Origin: Candidatus Acidiferrum sp. | GTDB taxonomy: Bacteria; Acidobacteriota; Terriglobia; Acidiferrales; UBA7541 | Assembly: GCA_035996445.1 (NCBI GenBank) | Contig: DASYJM010000033.1 | Location: forward strand, 36,890 to 100,889 | DNA length: 64,000 bases | Reading direction: 5' to 3' | Part shown: positions 9,716 through 18,991 of the stretch, one piece after another | Layout: each line of letters opens with the position of its first letter | Position numbering within the stretch: position 1 is the first letter of the stretch | Notes under the pieces: model-generated | Database searches by the model: none | Told to the model about the DNA's origin: nothing | What the model saw: only the letters and a program-made list of their open reading frames with translations | Position numbers and translations under genes: made by a program

Positions 9716-10007
9716 CTCTCCCTCCGCGTATCGGTCGATAGTTCCGCCGGTCCATCTCACCCGGTACTTTCCGCGTCATGCTTCCGTACCGTTCCACAGG
9801 TACCTTGGTACTGTCGCCCTGCCAACTCGAGAACGGCAATCGCTCGATCGCCGGTTTTCCACGCTTGCCCCATCGATGTGTATGAACTGTGTCTTCAACT
9901 GGGGTCCAGCCCCAGATGCTTTCCCGACGAATTTACCGGGCTCCGAGAGTTTTGAATAGCTTCATCTGCTCGCCACTTCCCACTGCGATACGTTATTCTT
10001 CCATCCC

Positions 10008-11297
10008 ATGCATGACCTGAGTTATTTTCGTGAGCACCTCGATCTTTTCGCGGACATGGCTGCCAAACGCGGCGCCACTCTTGATTTGGACGCTTTTCGC
10101 GCTCTCGACAAAGAACGTCGCGAGCTCATCACAAAAAACGAGCAGCGCAAAGCGCAACGCAACAAAGCCAGCGAGGAAATCGCGCGCCTGAAAAAAGAAA
10201 AACAGCCTGCCGATGCCATCATTTCGGAGATGAAGCAGTTCTCTGAACTCATCAAGCAATGCGACGAGCGCATTACCCAGCTGGATGACGCGCAACGCGA
10301 GCTGTTGCTTACAATTCCTAATATCCCTCATTCCAGTGTGCCGGTAGGTTCGGGCGCCGCGGACAATGTAGAAGTCCGCCGCTGGGGGGCGCCGCCACAG
10401 TTTGACTTCACTCCGCGTCCCCACTGGGAAGTCGGCGAGCGCGCGGGGATTTTAGATCTGTCGGCCGCCGCCAAAATCACCGGAGCGCGTTTCGCCGTAT
10501 ATAAAAGCTGGGGAGCACGCCTGGAACGCGCACTCGCAAATTTTTTCCTGGATGTACACACCCGCGAACACGGTTACACGGAAATTCTGCCGCCCTTTCT
10601 AGTGAATAGCACTTCACTCATGGGTTCCGGCCAATTACCGAAATTCGCTGCCGATCTCTTCAAAGTAGAGGGGACGGATTTCTGGCTTACCCCTACGTCA
10701 GAAGTCGAGCTTCACAATCTCTATCGCGACGAAACGCTAACGGAAAGCCAGCTTCCTATCTCCCTCACCGCTTGGACCGCTTGTTTCCGCTCCGAAGCAG
10801 GCGCCGCAGGGAAAGACACGCGCGGCATTCTCCGCCAACATCAGTTCCAAAAAGTTGAGCTTTTCAAATTTACCCATCCGGAAAAAAGTTACGAGGAACA
10901 CGAGGCTTTGGTTCGCAATGCAGAATCAATCCTTCAAAAACTCGGCCTCCACTATCGAACGGTGCTCCTCTGCACTGGAGACCTGGGCTTTGCCTCTGCA
11001 AAAACCTATGACATAGAAGTCTGGCTACCCTCTGCAAACGAATTTCGCGAAATCTCCTCCTGCTCAAATTGCGAGGCATTTCAAGCGCGTCGCGCGGGCA
11101 TCCGTTTTAAGCCAGCAAGTGGCGGCAAAAGTGATTTTGTACATACTCTCAATGGCTCTGGACTCGCCGTCGGGCGCACCTGGATCGCCATTATCGAGAA
11201 CCATCAGCAGCAAGACGGCTCGGTCGTAATCCCTGAAGCATTGCGACCATACATGGGCATCGACCGAATTCCGGCACTCCAGACGCCTAAGCGTTAG
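10008..11297 (+). CDS. serS: seryl-tRNA synthetase
   Basis: N-terminal coiled coil, motifs [35 protein letters not shown] and HTLNGSGLA. Confidence 0.97.
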   Translation: MHDLSYFREHLDLFADMAAKRGATLDLDAFRALDKERRELITKNEQRKAQRNKASEEIARLKKEKQPADAIISEMKQFSELIKQCDERITQLDDAQRELLLTIPNIPHSSVPVGSGAADNVEVRRWGAPPQFDFTPRPHWEVGERAGILDLSAAAKITGARFAVYKSWGARLERALANFFLDVHTREHGYTEILPPFLVNSTSLMGSGQLPKFAADLFKVEGTDFWLTPTSEVELHNLYRDETLTESQLPISLTAWTACFRSEAGAAGKDTRGILRQHQFQKVELFKFTHPEKSYEEHEALVRNAESILQKLGLHYRTVLLCTGDLGFASAKTYDIEVWLPSANEFREISSCSNCEAFQARRAGIRFKPASGGKSDFVHTLNGSGLAVGRTWIAIIENHQQQDGSVVIPEALRPYMGIDRIPALQTPKR

Positions 11298-11428
11298 GGT
11301 ATTCCTCCGGAGGCTACTCTTGGCCCTAACTTCAAGAAAAGCCTTAACTTAATGCCTTTTTTCGGGCCATTTGGCTGATTGTGCTCTGAGGGCTGCCCTC
11401 GCAACTCACTGAAATTACACCTTTTCGT

Positions 11429-11458
11429 TTGACGCGCCCTTTTGACCTTGCATACACT
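11429..11458 (+). promoter_or_regulatory. sigma-70-type promoter candidate
   Basis: TTGACG-N18-TACACT upstream of the YHS gene. Confidence 0.45.
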
Positions 11459-11586
11459 CGGTTCACCGCGTCCTTTGGTGAGTTCCTGGCTATTGGCCGT
11501 CGTTGCCTTTCCGCCGACGCCGATTGGAATTCGCTCATCATCATTAGCTCGTAAATAGAAACAAGACGCGAATTGCAGAGTAAGCT

Positions 11587-11898
11587 ATGACCTTTTTCGC
11601 TCGATTGATCAGGATTTTGTTCTGGGTGGTAATTGTCTCGTGGGGTGTTCGCCTCGCCGGACGACTTATCTCTGGCTTGTTGCAACCCGGCCAGAGGCGT
11701 GAGCCATTAAAGCCCACCAGCGACTTGGATGCCGGACAAAACGCACGCTTACTGGTGCGCGATCCCGTCTGTGGTGTGCACCTCGCGGAGGTACTTGCCA
11801 TTCCTCTGCGTACAAATGGTGAGTTGCTGCATTTCTGTTCGTTAGCGTGCCGCGATGCCTATTTAAACTCATCGCAGAAGCTAGCGGCGAACGCATGA
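11587..11898 (+). CDS. YHS/TRASH-domain membrane protein
   Basis: N-terminal TM segment, then RDPVCG...HFCSLACRDAY. Confidence 0.85.
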   Translation: MTFFARLIRILFWVVIVSWGVRLAGRLISGLLQPGQRREPLKPTSDLDAGQNARLLVRDPVCGVHLAEVLAIPLRTNGELLHFCSLACRDAYLNSSQKLAANA

Positions 11899-11985
11899 CG
11901 CGGCTTGAACTAGCAATAGTTGTTGGCTATCCAACGTTTTGAATATTGCTCTAGACGAACCCACTTGAGGAAAGGACCCGAGCCG

Positions 11986-13308
11986 ATGGCCACGGTCGCA
12001 AAGCCTACAGCCCCGACGAGACAGATTGGCGCGCCTCCCATGGTGCCGCGCATCGCTCCGCGGGAGGATTTGAACCCCTTTCGCATTTCGCAGATTCAAT
12101 TTGATATGGCTGCGGAATTCCTAAAGCTTGATCCCGGCCTGCGCCAGATTCTCCGCACGCCCAAGCGCATTCTGGAAGTTTCCATTCCCACCAAAATGGA
12201 CAATGGGCAGGTGAAAGTTCTCACCGGCTATCGCGTCCAGCACAATGTGGCACGCGGACCGGCTAAAGGCGGTGTGCGTTTTCATCCCAACCTTACGCTG
12301 GACGAAATGAAAGCTCTGGCTGCCGGCATGACCTGGAAGACGGCAACCGTGAACGTGCCTTTTGGAGGCGCACAAGGTGGTGTGATTTGTGATTCGAAAC
12401 GCATGTCCAAAGGTGAGCTGGAGCGTGTAACGCGCCGTTATGCCAGCGAAATTCTGCCGCTCATCGGGCCGTATATGGATATCCCCGCGCCTGACGTGTA
12501 CACCGACGCGCAGACGATGGCTTGGATGATGGATACCTACGCAATGACCGTGGGCCATGCGGCGCACGGATCCGTTACTGGGAAACCGTCGTCCATCGGC
12601 GGTTCGAATGGCCGTGAAGAAGCCATGGCTCGCGGGCTAGTTGCCGTGGTCGAGGAAGCATGCAAGCTCAAAAAAATCGCACTGCGCGGAGCTACTGTAG
12701 CCATTCAAGGATTCGGTCATTCAGGAGCCACCGTAGCGCAGCTCTTTGCCGAGAAAAAAGCTAAAATCATCGCCCTCAGCGATACTCGCGGTGGCGTAAC
12801 CAATTCGCGTGGCATCGACCCCATCAAAGCCATGCGCTACAAAGAACGCAGCGGCACGGTAGTAGGCATGCCCGGCGCTTCGCGCACCACCAACGACGAA
12901 TTGCTCACCATGAAATGCGACATCCTGGTGCCGGCTGCTCTCGAAAACGTCATCACGCTGAACAACGCCGAGGCCATCAAAGCACGCATTATTGCCGAAG
13001 CCGCCAACGGACCGACCACTCCCCACGCCGATGAGATTCTCGCTCGCAAGGGAATTACGGTGCTTCCAGACATCCTCGCCAATGCCGGAGGCGTCACCGT
13101 CAGCTATTTTGAGTGGGTGCAAAACCAGCAAGGGCTGATCTGGGACGCTGAAGAAGTAAATGCCCGCCTGCAAAAAACGATCGTGCGCGCTTTTCATGAA
13201 ATGGTTGAAACCATGCGCAAGCATCACGTCCCGCCGCGCGCCGGCGCCATGATTCTCGCCGTCGGACGCGTTGCCGAAGCTACTCTCGTCCGCGGTTTGT
13301 TCCCGTAA
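11986..13308 (+). CDS. gdhA: Glu/Leu/Phe/Val dehydrogenase homologue with catalytic Lys->Gln
   Basis: Motifs RVQHNVARGPAKGGVRF, MTWK, DIPAPD, AEAANGP and VTVSYFEW. GGAKGG reads GGAQGG. Start at ATG 11986. Confidence 0.88.
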   Translation: MATVAKPTAPTRQIGAPPMVPRIAPREDLNPFRISQIQFDMAAEFLKLDPGLRQILRTPKRILEVSIPTKMDNGQVKVLTGYRVQHNVARGPAKGGVRFHPNLTLDEMKALAAGMTWKTATVNVPFGGAQGGVICDSKRMSKGELERVTRRYASEILPLIGPYMDIPAPDVYTDAQTMAWMMDTYAMTVGHAAHGSVTGKPSSIGGSNGREEAMARGLVAVVEEACKLKKIALRGATVAIQGFGHSGATVAQLFAEKKAKIIALSDTRGGVTNSRGIDPIKAMRYKERSGTVVGMPGASRTTNDELLTMKCDILVPAALENVITLNNAEAIKARIIAEAANGPTTPHADEILARKGITVLPDILANAGGVTVSYFEWVQNQQGLIWDAEEVNARLQKTIVRAFHEMVETMRKHHVPPRAGAMILAVGRVAEATLVRGLFP

Positions 13309-13601
13309 TACTGAATTATTTCTGAGTTCGGGTACCGCACCGCACGGTTGGAAGTCCTACGCTACGTTTTTTTCGAAAACTTTTTCTTGCGTCATACCCC
13401 TTGCACGCGTACATTCGCAATTGCCGGTGCGTTTTTGGTTGGTTCTCCAAAAGCGCCCGGCAATTTTCGCTTGGAGTGAACGCTTCAAGTGAAATAGTGG
13501 CGAAATGGTGGCACAGGTTTTTGACGTAAAACTCATCGCGCCCCATGAGACTGAGAATTGTGCGGCTTGCCGTAGGAGTCGCTGAGGATTAAGTACCAAA
13601 A

Positions 13602-14480
13602 ATGTCTAACCACATAAACGTGGCTCCAAATTTATTGCTCACCATCGCTGGATTCGATCCTTCGTGCGGCGCGGGCATCGCGGCCGACCTCAAAACTTTT
13701 GCTGCTCATGGTTGTTACGGCGTGGCGGCAATCACTTCACTGACGGTGCAGAGTACCGAAGGCGTGCAAGCGGTCCACAATACTCCCAGTGCTGAACTGC
13801 GAGAACAATTGGAAGTATTGGCTAAAGACTGCGACATCGCGGCGGTAAAGATCGGCATGCTTGGCAATCGCGGAAACGCCGTGGTTGTCGCTGAATTTCT
13901 GGATGCGCACAAATTCGCGCATGTCGTCCACGATCCAGTGATGAAATCTTCCAGCGGAGCGGAACTGCTCGATGCCGCCGGGCTCAAATATCTCACAACA
14001 GAGCTGCTGAAGCGTTCGACGGTCATCACTCCTAATGTGCCCGAGGCAGAAATTTTAACTGGGCTGGAAATCAAGGACGTTGCTGGCATGGAAGCCGCCG
14101 CCAGAAAGATTGTCGAGATGGGCGCGCACGCGGTAATCGTAAAAGGCGGTCACATGGAGCGCGCCGTCGACGTACTTTTTGACGGTGAACGAATCACTCA
14201 GCTGGGCGGCGACCGCGTAAAAGCGGACAACAATCACGGAACGGGTTGTACCTTCGCGTCAGCGATTGCCGCGCAGCTAGCCTCCGGCCGCGGATTGGCG
14301 GAAGCCGCTATGCTCGCCAAGGCCTACGTTACGAAAGCCATCGAAAAGGGCTACGCCATCGGCAAAGGCCGCATCCCGTTGGATCATTTCTACCGCCTGC
14401 GTACTGAACCGCCGGCGCGCGGTATCCATGAAGTTCCACAACACGGGATGCATCCCGCCGCCGAACCCACGGCCCATTAA
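13602..14480 (+). CDS. thiD: hydroxymethylpyrimidine/phosphomethylpyrimidine kinase
   Basis: Motifs LTIAGFDPSCGAGIAADLK, VKIGML, HDPVM, ITPN and HGTGCT. Confidence 0.94.
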   Translation: MSNHINVAPNLLLTIAGFDPSCGAGIAADLKTFAAHGCYGVAAITSLTVQSTEGVQAVHNTPSAELREQLEVLAKDCDIAAVKIGMLGNRGNAVVVAEFLDAHKFAHVVHDPVMKSSSGAELLDAAGLKYLTTELLKRSTVITPNVPEAEILTGLEIKDVAGMEAAARKIVEMGAHAVIVKGGHMERAVDVLFDGERITQLGGDRVKADNNHGTGCTFASAIAAQLASGRGLAEAAMLAKAYVTKAIEKGYAIGKGRIPLDHFYRLRTEPPARGIHEVPQHGMHPAAEPTAH

Positions 14481-14544
14481 TTCAAGGGGAAGTACCGGCG
14501 AATATGTTTCCGCGCACGAGTGATCGAAGTTCTGAAGTTGGTGG

Positions 14545-15816
14545 CTATCGTTTCCACACTACACGGCCCGCGACAATCGTAGCCATGGGTCCACCCTTGA
14601 AGCTCCGCCCGTCGAATGGCGAGTTCCGTGATTTGCTGGATGACTCCTTGACGTTATAAGTCCACTGATGGTCTGTGGAAAAAAGCGTCAGGTCTGCCAT
14701 CTCGCCAGCGACAATTTTTCGTTCCATGCCAAAAACTTTCGCCGGTCCCGTGGTGAACAATTCCACCATGCGCATCAGCGTGACCTTTCCGCTGTGCACG
14801 AGTTCCATCGCAAGCCCCACCGCCGTTTCAAATCCCAAAATGCCAAAAGGCGCGCGATCAAATTCCACATCCTTCAAAGCCGGCTCATGTGGCGCGTGAT
14901 CTGTTGCTATCGCATCCACGGTACCGTCCGCGAGTCCAGCCAGCAATGCGTCACGGTCTTGGCGCGCGGCTAATGGCGGATTCATTTTGAATCGCGAATC
15001 GTATTGCACATCCTCATCGATCAGTGTGAAGTGATGCGGCGTGACCTCGCAGCTGACCTTCAAGCCGCGCTTTTTCGCCGAGCGCACCAGCTCCAGTGAA
15101 CTCCGCGCTGAAAGATGCGCGATATGCAGCCGGGCTTCCGTTAATTCCGCCAGTTGAACGTCCCGCGCCACGCACACCGACTCAGCCGCGGCAGGCATTC
15201 CGCGTAAACCCAGTCGCGTGGAGGTAACTCCTTCGCGCATCACCGCACCATGCGCGAGAGAAACATCTTCGGCGTGCTCAATCACCGGCAGATCCAGCGA
15301 TCGGCAGTAGTCCATCACTTGCCGCGCCAGTTTTGCCGTAGCGATGGGCTTGCCATCATCGGACACCGCGACGATGCCAGCTTCCTTCATGGCTGCAATT
15401 TCCGCGATGTTTTCTCCTTTGCTGCCCACTGATGCCGCGCCGATCGGCCACACCCGCACGCTGCCGGTGGATCTCGCGCGATCCACAATAAATCGCGTAA
15501 CCGAGGCGTTGTCATTCACCGGTTTGGTGTTGGGCATGCAACACACGGCGGTAAAGCCACCTCGCGCCGCTGCTCGCGTGCCCGTCTCGATGCTTTCCGA
15601 AGACTCCTGGCCAGGTTCTCGCAAATGCACATGCATGTCGATAAAACCTGGCGCAATAATCAATCCGGCCGCATCGAAAATTTCGGCATCTCGTACATTG
15701 GTAATCTTTCCAGGCGCGCCAATCTGCGCGATTTTCTCACCGTCGAGAAGAAGGTCCTGCGCTGCATCCGTTTTCGTGGCTGGATCCAGCACCCTACCGT
15801 TCTTAATCAGCAGCAT
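14545..15816 (-). CDS. pyrC: dihydroorotase (type I)
   Basis: Motifs FIDMHVHLREPG, CCMPNT, EVTPHH, KMNPPL and ATDHAPH. Start at ATG 15816. Confidence 0.95.
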   Translation of the reverse strand: MLLIKNGRVLDPATKTDAAQDLLLDGEKIAQIGAPGKITNVRDAEIFDAAGLIIAPGFIDMHVHLREPGQESSESIETGTRAAARGGFTAVCCMPNTKPVNDNASVTRFIVDRARSTGSVRVWPIGAASVGSKGENIAEIAAMKEAGIVAVSDDGKPIATAKLARQVMDYCRSLDLPVIEHAEDVSLAHGAVMREGVTSTRLGLRGMPAAAESVCVARDVQLAELTEARLHIAHLSARSSLELVRSAKKRGLKVSCEVTPHHFTLIDEDVQYDSRFKMNPPLAARQDRDALLAGLADGTVDAIATDHAPHEPALKDVEFDRAPFGILGFETAVGLAMELVHSGKVTLMRMVELFTTGPAKVFGMERKIVAGEMADLTLFSTDHQWTYNVKESSSKSRNSPFDGRSFKGGPMATIVAGRVVWKR

Positions 15817-16825
15817 GCGTGGATTCCTTTTTTTCTGGCGAGGCGGCCGAGCCACCCAATGCTTCATCCGCGACGGGGTTTTCTCCGCCTTCCGTCGATC
15901 CGGAGATCAGCAAGAACAGCAGTGCCATGCGCACAGCGATACCGTTGGTGACCTGTTCGAGAACGCACGACTGCGGTCCATCCGCCACTTCCGGCGAAAT
16001 TTCCACTCCGCGATTCATGGGGCCTGGATGCAGAATAAGCGCATTTGGATTGGCTAGCCGCAACCGCTCGGCATTCAGTTGATACAGCAAAATATATTCT
16101 TCCGCGGAAAGTGTGGGCTCATACATTCGTTCGGTCTGCACCCGGAGCACCAGGATCACGTCCGCATCTTCAAGCCCTTCCTCGATTCGTGACACGCGAC
16201 GAATCACGGCTCCGGGAGGACCGATTTTTTCTAGCTCCTTCGGGACCCACATCGCCGGGCCGCACAGAGTGAACTGACAGCCGAATTTACCCAACAAATG
16301 AATATTTGAACGCGCCACCCGACTGTGTTGAATGTCGCCCAGAATGGTGACTTTCAAATTTTCGATCGAGCCGCGCCGGTCCCGAATGGTTAGCGCGTCC
16401 AACAATCCTTGCGACGGATGCTCGTGCGTGCCGTCGCCGGCGTTGATGACCGGTATATCAAGATTGCGCGCCACGAAATCTGCCGCGCCGGACGCCGCGT
16501 GGCGCATCACCAGACAATCCGGTTTCATGGCATTCAAGGTATAGACGGTGTCCAGAAGCGATTCGCCCTTTTTCAAGCTGGACGCTTCCGCTTGCAGGTT
16601 CATGGTGTCTGCGCCCAGCCGTGAAGCCGCAGTACTAAAGCTAATACGCGTACGCGTGGAATTTTCGAAGAACGCCAGCGTGACGGTTTTCCCGCGCAGG
16701 GTGGCTAGCTTTTTTAGGGGATGCCGCTGAATTTCCTGGAAGAGTTTGCTCTGGTCCAGCAGAAAAGTTAGTTCGTCCGCGCTGAGCGGTTCAAGGGCCA
16801 GCAGATCGCGAAAGCGGTAGGTCAC
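15803..16825 (-). CDS. pyrB: aspartate carbamoyltransferase catalytic subunit
   Basis: Motifs FFENSTRT, INAGDGTHEHPSQGLLD and HPGPMNRG. Start taken as GTG 16825. Confidence 0.95.
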   Translation of the reverse strand: MTYRFRDLLALEPLSADELTFLLDQSKLFQEIQRHPLKKLATLRGKTVTLAFFENSTRTRISFSTAASRLGADTMNLQAEASSLKKGESLLDTVYTLNAMKPDCLVMRHAASGAADFVARNLDIPVINAGDGTHEHPSQGLLDALTIRDRRGSIENLKVTILGDIQHSRVARSNIHLLGKFGCQFTLCGPAMWVPKELEKIGPPGAVIRRVSRIEEGLEDADVILVLRVQTERMYEPTLSAEEYILLYQLNAERLRLANPNALILHPGPMNRGVEISPEVADGPQSCVLEQVTNGIAVRMALLFLLISGSTEGGENPVADEALGGSAASPEKKESTHAAD

Positions 16826-16919
16826 ATCGTCACTTATGGAATTACCGGCAAATCTTGATACGGTCGAACAGCGGCGAAGCACTAGCGATTCAAATCAATT
16901 CGTCGTCATGAAAATACTT

Positions 16920-17471
16920 CTACGGCTCCACGCGATCGACCAGCACTACACGCTCTTCACTGTCGATCTCTCGTAGGCGTACTTCCACGATTTCTGTGTC
17001 ACTGGTTTGCACACCCCGGCCCACGTACTGCGCTTCGATGGGCATTTCACGATGGCCGCGATCAATCAGCACACACAAGGACACGCGCTTTGGCCGTCCC
17101 AGATCGAACAAGCCGTTCATCGCCGCGCGAATGGTCCGCCCGGTATATAAAACGTCGTCCACCAGCACAAGGTCCATGTTATCCACGCCAAAGGAAATAT
17201 CAGAAGATTGCAGGACCGCGTGCGAAGCCACTTTGGATAGATCGTCGCGGTACAAGGTAATGTCCAGCGTTCCCACCGGCACTTCCACACCATCGATGCC
17301 GCGCATGGCTTTTGCGATTCGCTGCGCCAGAGGCACGCCTCTGCGTCGCACTCCGATCAACGCCAGATGTTTCGTGCCACCGGATTTCTCCACAATTTCG
17401 TGTGCCAGCCGCTGAATAGTGCGATCGATTTCAGACGCCGACATGAGCTGAGACTTTTCTACGATGCGCAT
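16920..17471 (-). CDS. pyrR: PyrR regulator / uracil phosphoribosyltransferase
   Basis: Motifs RLAHEIVE, LDITLYRDD, LVDDVLYTGRTIRAA and DRGHRE. Start at ATG 17471. Confidence 0.95.
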   Translation of the reverse strand: MRIVEKSQLMSASEIDRTIQRLAHEIVEKSGGTKHLALIGVRRRGVPLAQRIAKAMRGIDGVEVPVGTLDITLYRDDLSKVASHAVLQSSDISFGVDNMDLVLVDDVLYTGRTIRAAMNGLFDLGRPKRVSLCVLIDRGHREMPIEAQYVGRGVQTSDTEIVEVRLREIDSEERVVLVDRVEP

Positions 17472-17482
17472 AAGTTCGCGTA

Positions 17483-17491
17483 ATCCTATCA
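17483..17491 (-). promoter_or_regulatory. extended -10 promoter candidate for pyrR-pyrB-pyrC
   Basis: Minus-strand TGa-TAGGAT, with TTGGCC 18 bp upstream. Confidence 0.45.
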
Positions 17492-17512
17492 TTGCTGCCG
17501 CAACTCGGCCAA

Positions 17513-17527
17513 TGCAACCGTTCCGTA
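17513..17527. repeat. left 15-bp target-site duplication
   Basis: TGCAACCGTTCCGTA, identical to 18938-18952. Confidence 0.95.
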
Positions 17528-18937
17528 TGTCGCTGCAAAATGAGAATGTCCGGTTTGAGCAAAGTAGAAATGTCCGCTTTCATAGGTGGCCGAGGGCGCT
17601 ATGGAGACGGAGCGAATTGCCTTGAGCCAACGAGAACGGGACCGGCTAGGTGTGCTACACGAGATAAGGCAGAAGCAGATCACCCAGAGGGAAGCGGCCC
17701 GCCGACTGAAGATCAGCGACCGGCACATCCGTCGATTGCTGGTTGGTCTGAGGAAGCTAGGTGACCGAGCAGTGCTCCATGGCTTACGCGGACGGCCCTC
17801 GAACCGCAGATTAGCAGCGCGCTTGGAGCTGAAGATTTTGCGCCGCGTGCGCCAACGCTACGCGGACTTTGGACCCACACTGGCCGCCGAGCACTTGGCT
17901 CAGGAGGGCTTGCCGGTGAGCCGCGAGACGCTGCGCAAGTGGATGGTGAAGGCCAGCTTATGGTGCCCCCGCGCGCAACGCATAAAGACCATCCATGTGT
18001 GGCGCGAGCGGCGCGCCAGTTTCGGAGAGTTGGTGATGCAAGATAGCTCTCCATTTCGTTGGTTGGAGGAGCGCGGGCCGGCTTGTCAGTTGATTGCGGT
18101 GATCGATGATGCCACCAGCCGTTTCTATGCGCGTTTCACAGAACACGACACCACGGAAGAGAATTTACGGACTTTCGGGGCCTGGTTGCAGCGCTACGGA
18201 CGCCCGGTAGCCCATTACACCGATAAGAACAGCATCTTTCGCAGGTCTGATGCCATGCTGCTGCGAGAACAGTTGCGGGGAGAAAAAGCCCGCTGGCATT
18301 TCGGACGAGCACTCCACGAGCTAGGGATCGAATGGATCGCGGCCCACAGTCCGCAGGCCAAAGGGCGCATTGAGCGACTGTTCGCAACGCTACAGGACCG
18401 CCTGGTAAAAGAAATGCGCCTGGCGGGGATCGACAGCCTAGCAGCCGCGAATCACTTTTTGGAGACGCGCTTTATTCCGCAGTGGGAAGGACGTTTCAGC
18501 GTAGTACCTCGCAACCCGCGCAATGCGCATCGACGGTTGGATCCACAACAGCGGCTGGAAGAAATCCTCAGCGTACGCGTGGGCCGCACGGTAGCCGACG
18601 ATCACACCGTCAGCTGGGATGGAAATCACTGGGGCGTGCCACGCGAAGAAGTTTGTACGGGTCTTCGCGGTGCGCAAGTGGAAATCGAGCGACGATTGGA
18701 TGGCTCGCATTGGATACGCTTCCGCGGCCGCTATCTCCGCCTGCGCCATTGCCCAGCACCCCTGCAACCTTCCGCAAGTCCTTGCGGCCTACGGCCTCCA
18801 GGACTCGCGGAACGACCGAGACTCAAAAACAAAATCAAACCCAAATACCATGTGCCTGCCCAGCACCCCTGGAGGAAACCGTGGAACCGGACATTTCTAT
18901 ATTGCGAAAAAGCGGACATTTCTACTTTGCGTTGACA
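17528..18937 (+). mobile_element. insertion sequence, IS1202/ISNCY-like, 1410 bp
   Basis: Ends 5'-TGT...ACA-3'. Imperfect inverted ends, each with two GCAAAGTAGAAATGTCCG-like units. Flanked by a perfect 15-bp direct repeat. Confidence 0.92.
17601..18935 (+). CDS. DDE transposase (ISNCY/IS1202-like)
   Basis: N-terminal HTH (ITQREAARRLKISDRHIRRL) and motifs LVMQDSS, IDDATS, YTDKNSIF and PQAKGRIER. Uninterrupted frame; the stop lies in the right end. Confidence 0.92.
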   Translation: METERIALSQRERDRLGVLHEIRQKQITQREAARRLKISDRHIRRLLVGLRKLGDRAVLHGLRGRPSNRRLAARLELKILRRVRQRYADFGPTLAAEHLAQEGLPVSRETLRKWMVKASLWCPRAQRIKTIHVWRERRASFGELVMQDSSPFRWLEERGPACQLIAVIDDATSRFYARFTEHDTTEENLRTFGAWLQRYGRPVAHYTDKNSIFRRSDAMLLREQLRGEKARWHFGRALHELGIEWIAAHSPQAKGRIERLFATLQDRLVKEMRLAGIDSLAAANHFLETRFIPQWEGRFSVVPRNPRNAHRRLDPQQRLEEILSVRVGRTVADDHTVSWDGNHWGVPREEVCTGLRGAQVEIERRLDGSHWIRFRGRYLRLRHCPAPLQPSASPCGLRPPGLAERPRLKNKIKPKYHVPAQHPWRKPWNRTFLYCEKADISTLR

Positions 18938-18952
18938 TGCAACCGTTCCGTA
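18938..18952. repeat. right 15-bp target-site duplication
   Basis: TGCAACCGTTCCGTA directly after ...GTTGACA. Confidence 0.95.
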
Positions 18953-18961
18953 ACATTTGGA

Positions 18962-18970
18962 TGATAGACT
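18962..18970 (+). promoter_or_regulatory. extended -10 promoter candidate for the phosphatase-pyrD arm
   Basis: TGa-TAGACT, followed by SD GGAGGA and ATG 18992. Confidence 0.45.
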
Positions 18971-18991
18971 GCCGAAGTTCTGCTGGAGGAA

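Noticed and set aside
9083-9955. ORFs 9083..9397, 9506..9955 and 9624..9959 as genes
   Set aside because: No SD, no recognisable motifs, and they run across a promoter and two terminator hairpins.
13509-13524. sigma-54 promoter at TGGCACAGGTTTTTGA
   Set aside because: Good -24 box but no GC at -12.
13309-13601. TPP riboswitch upstream of thiD
   Set aside because: CTGAGA and GCCGTAGGA fragments are present, but the ACCTGA...GATAATGCCAGCG core and its pairings are missing.
18932-18970. Hybrid promoter from the perfect TTGACA at the IS right tip
   Set aside because: The nearest -10-like hexamers are 13 bp (TAACAT) and 27 bp (TAGACT) away, both outside the workable spacing.
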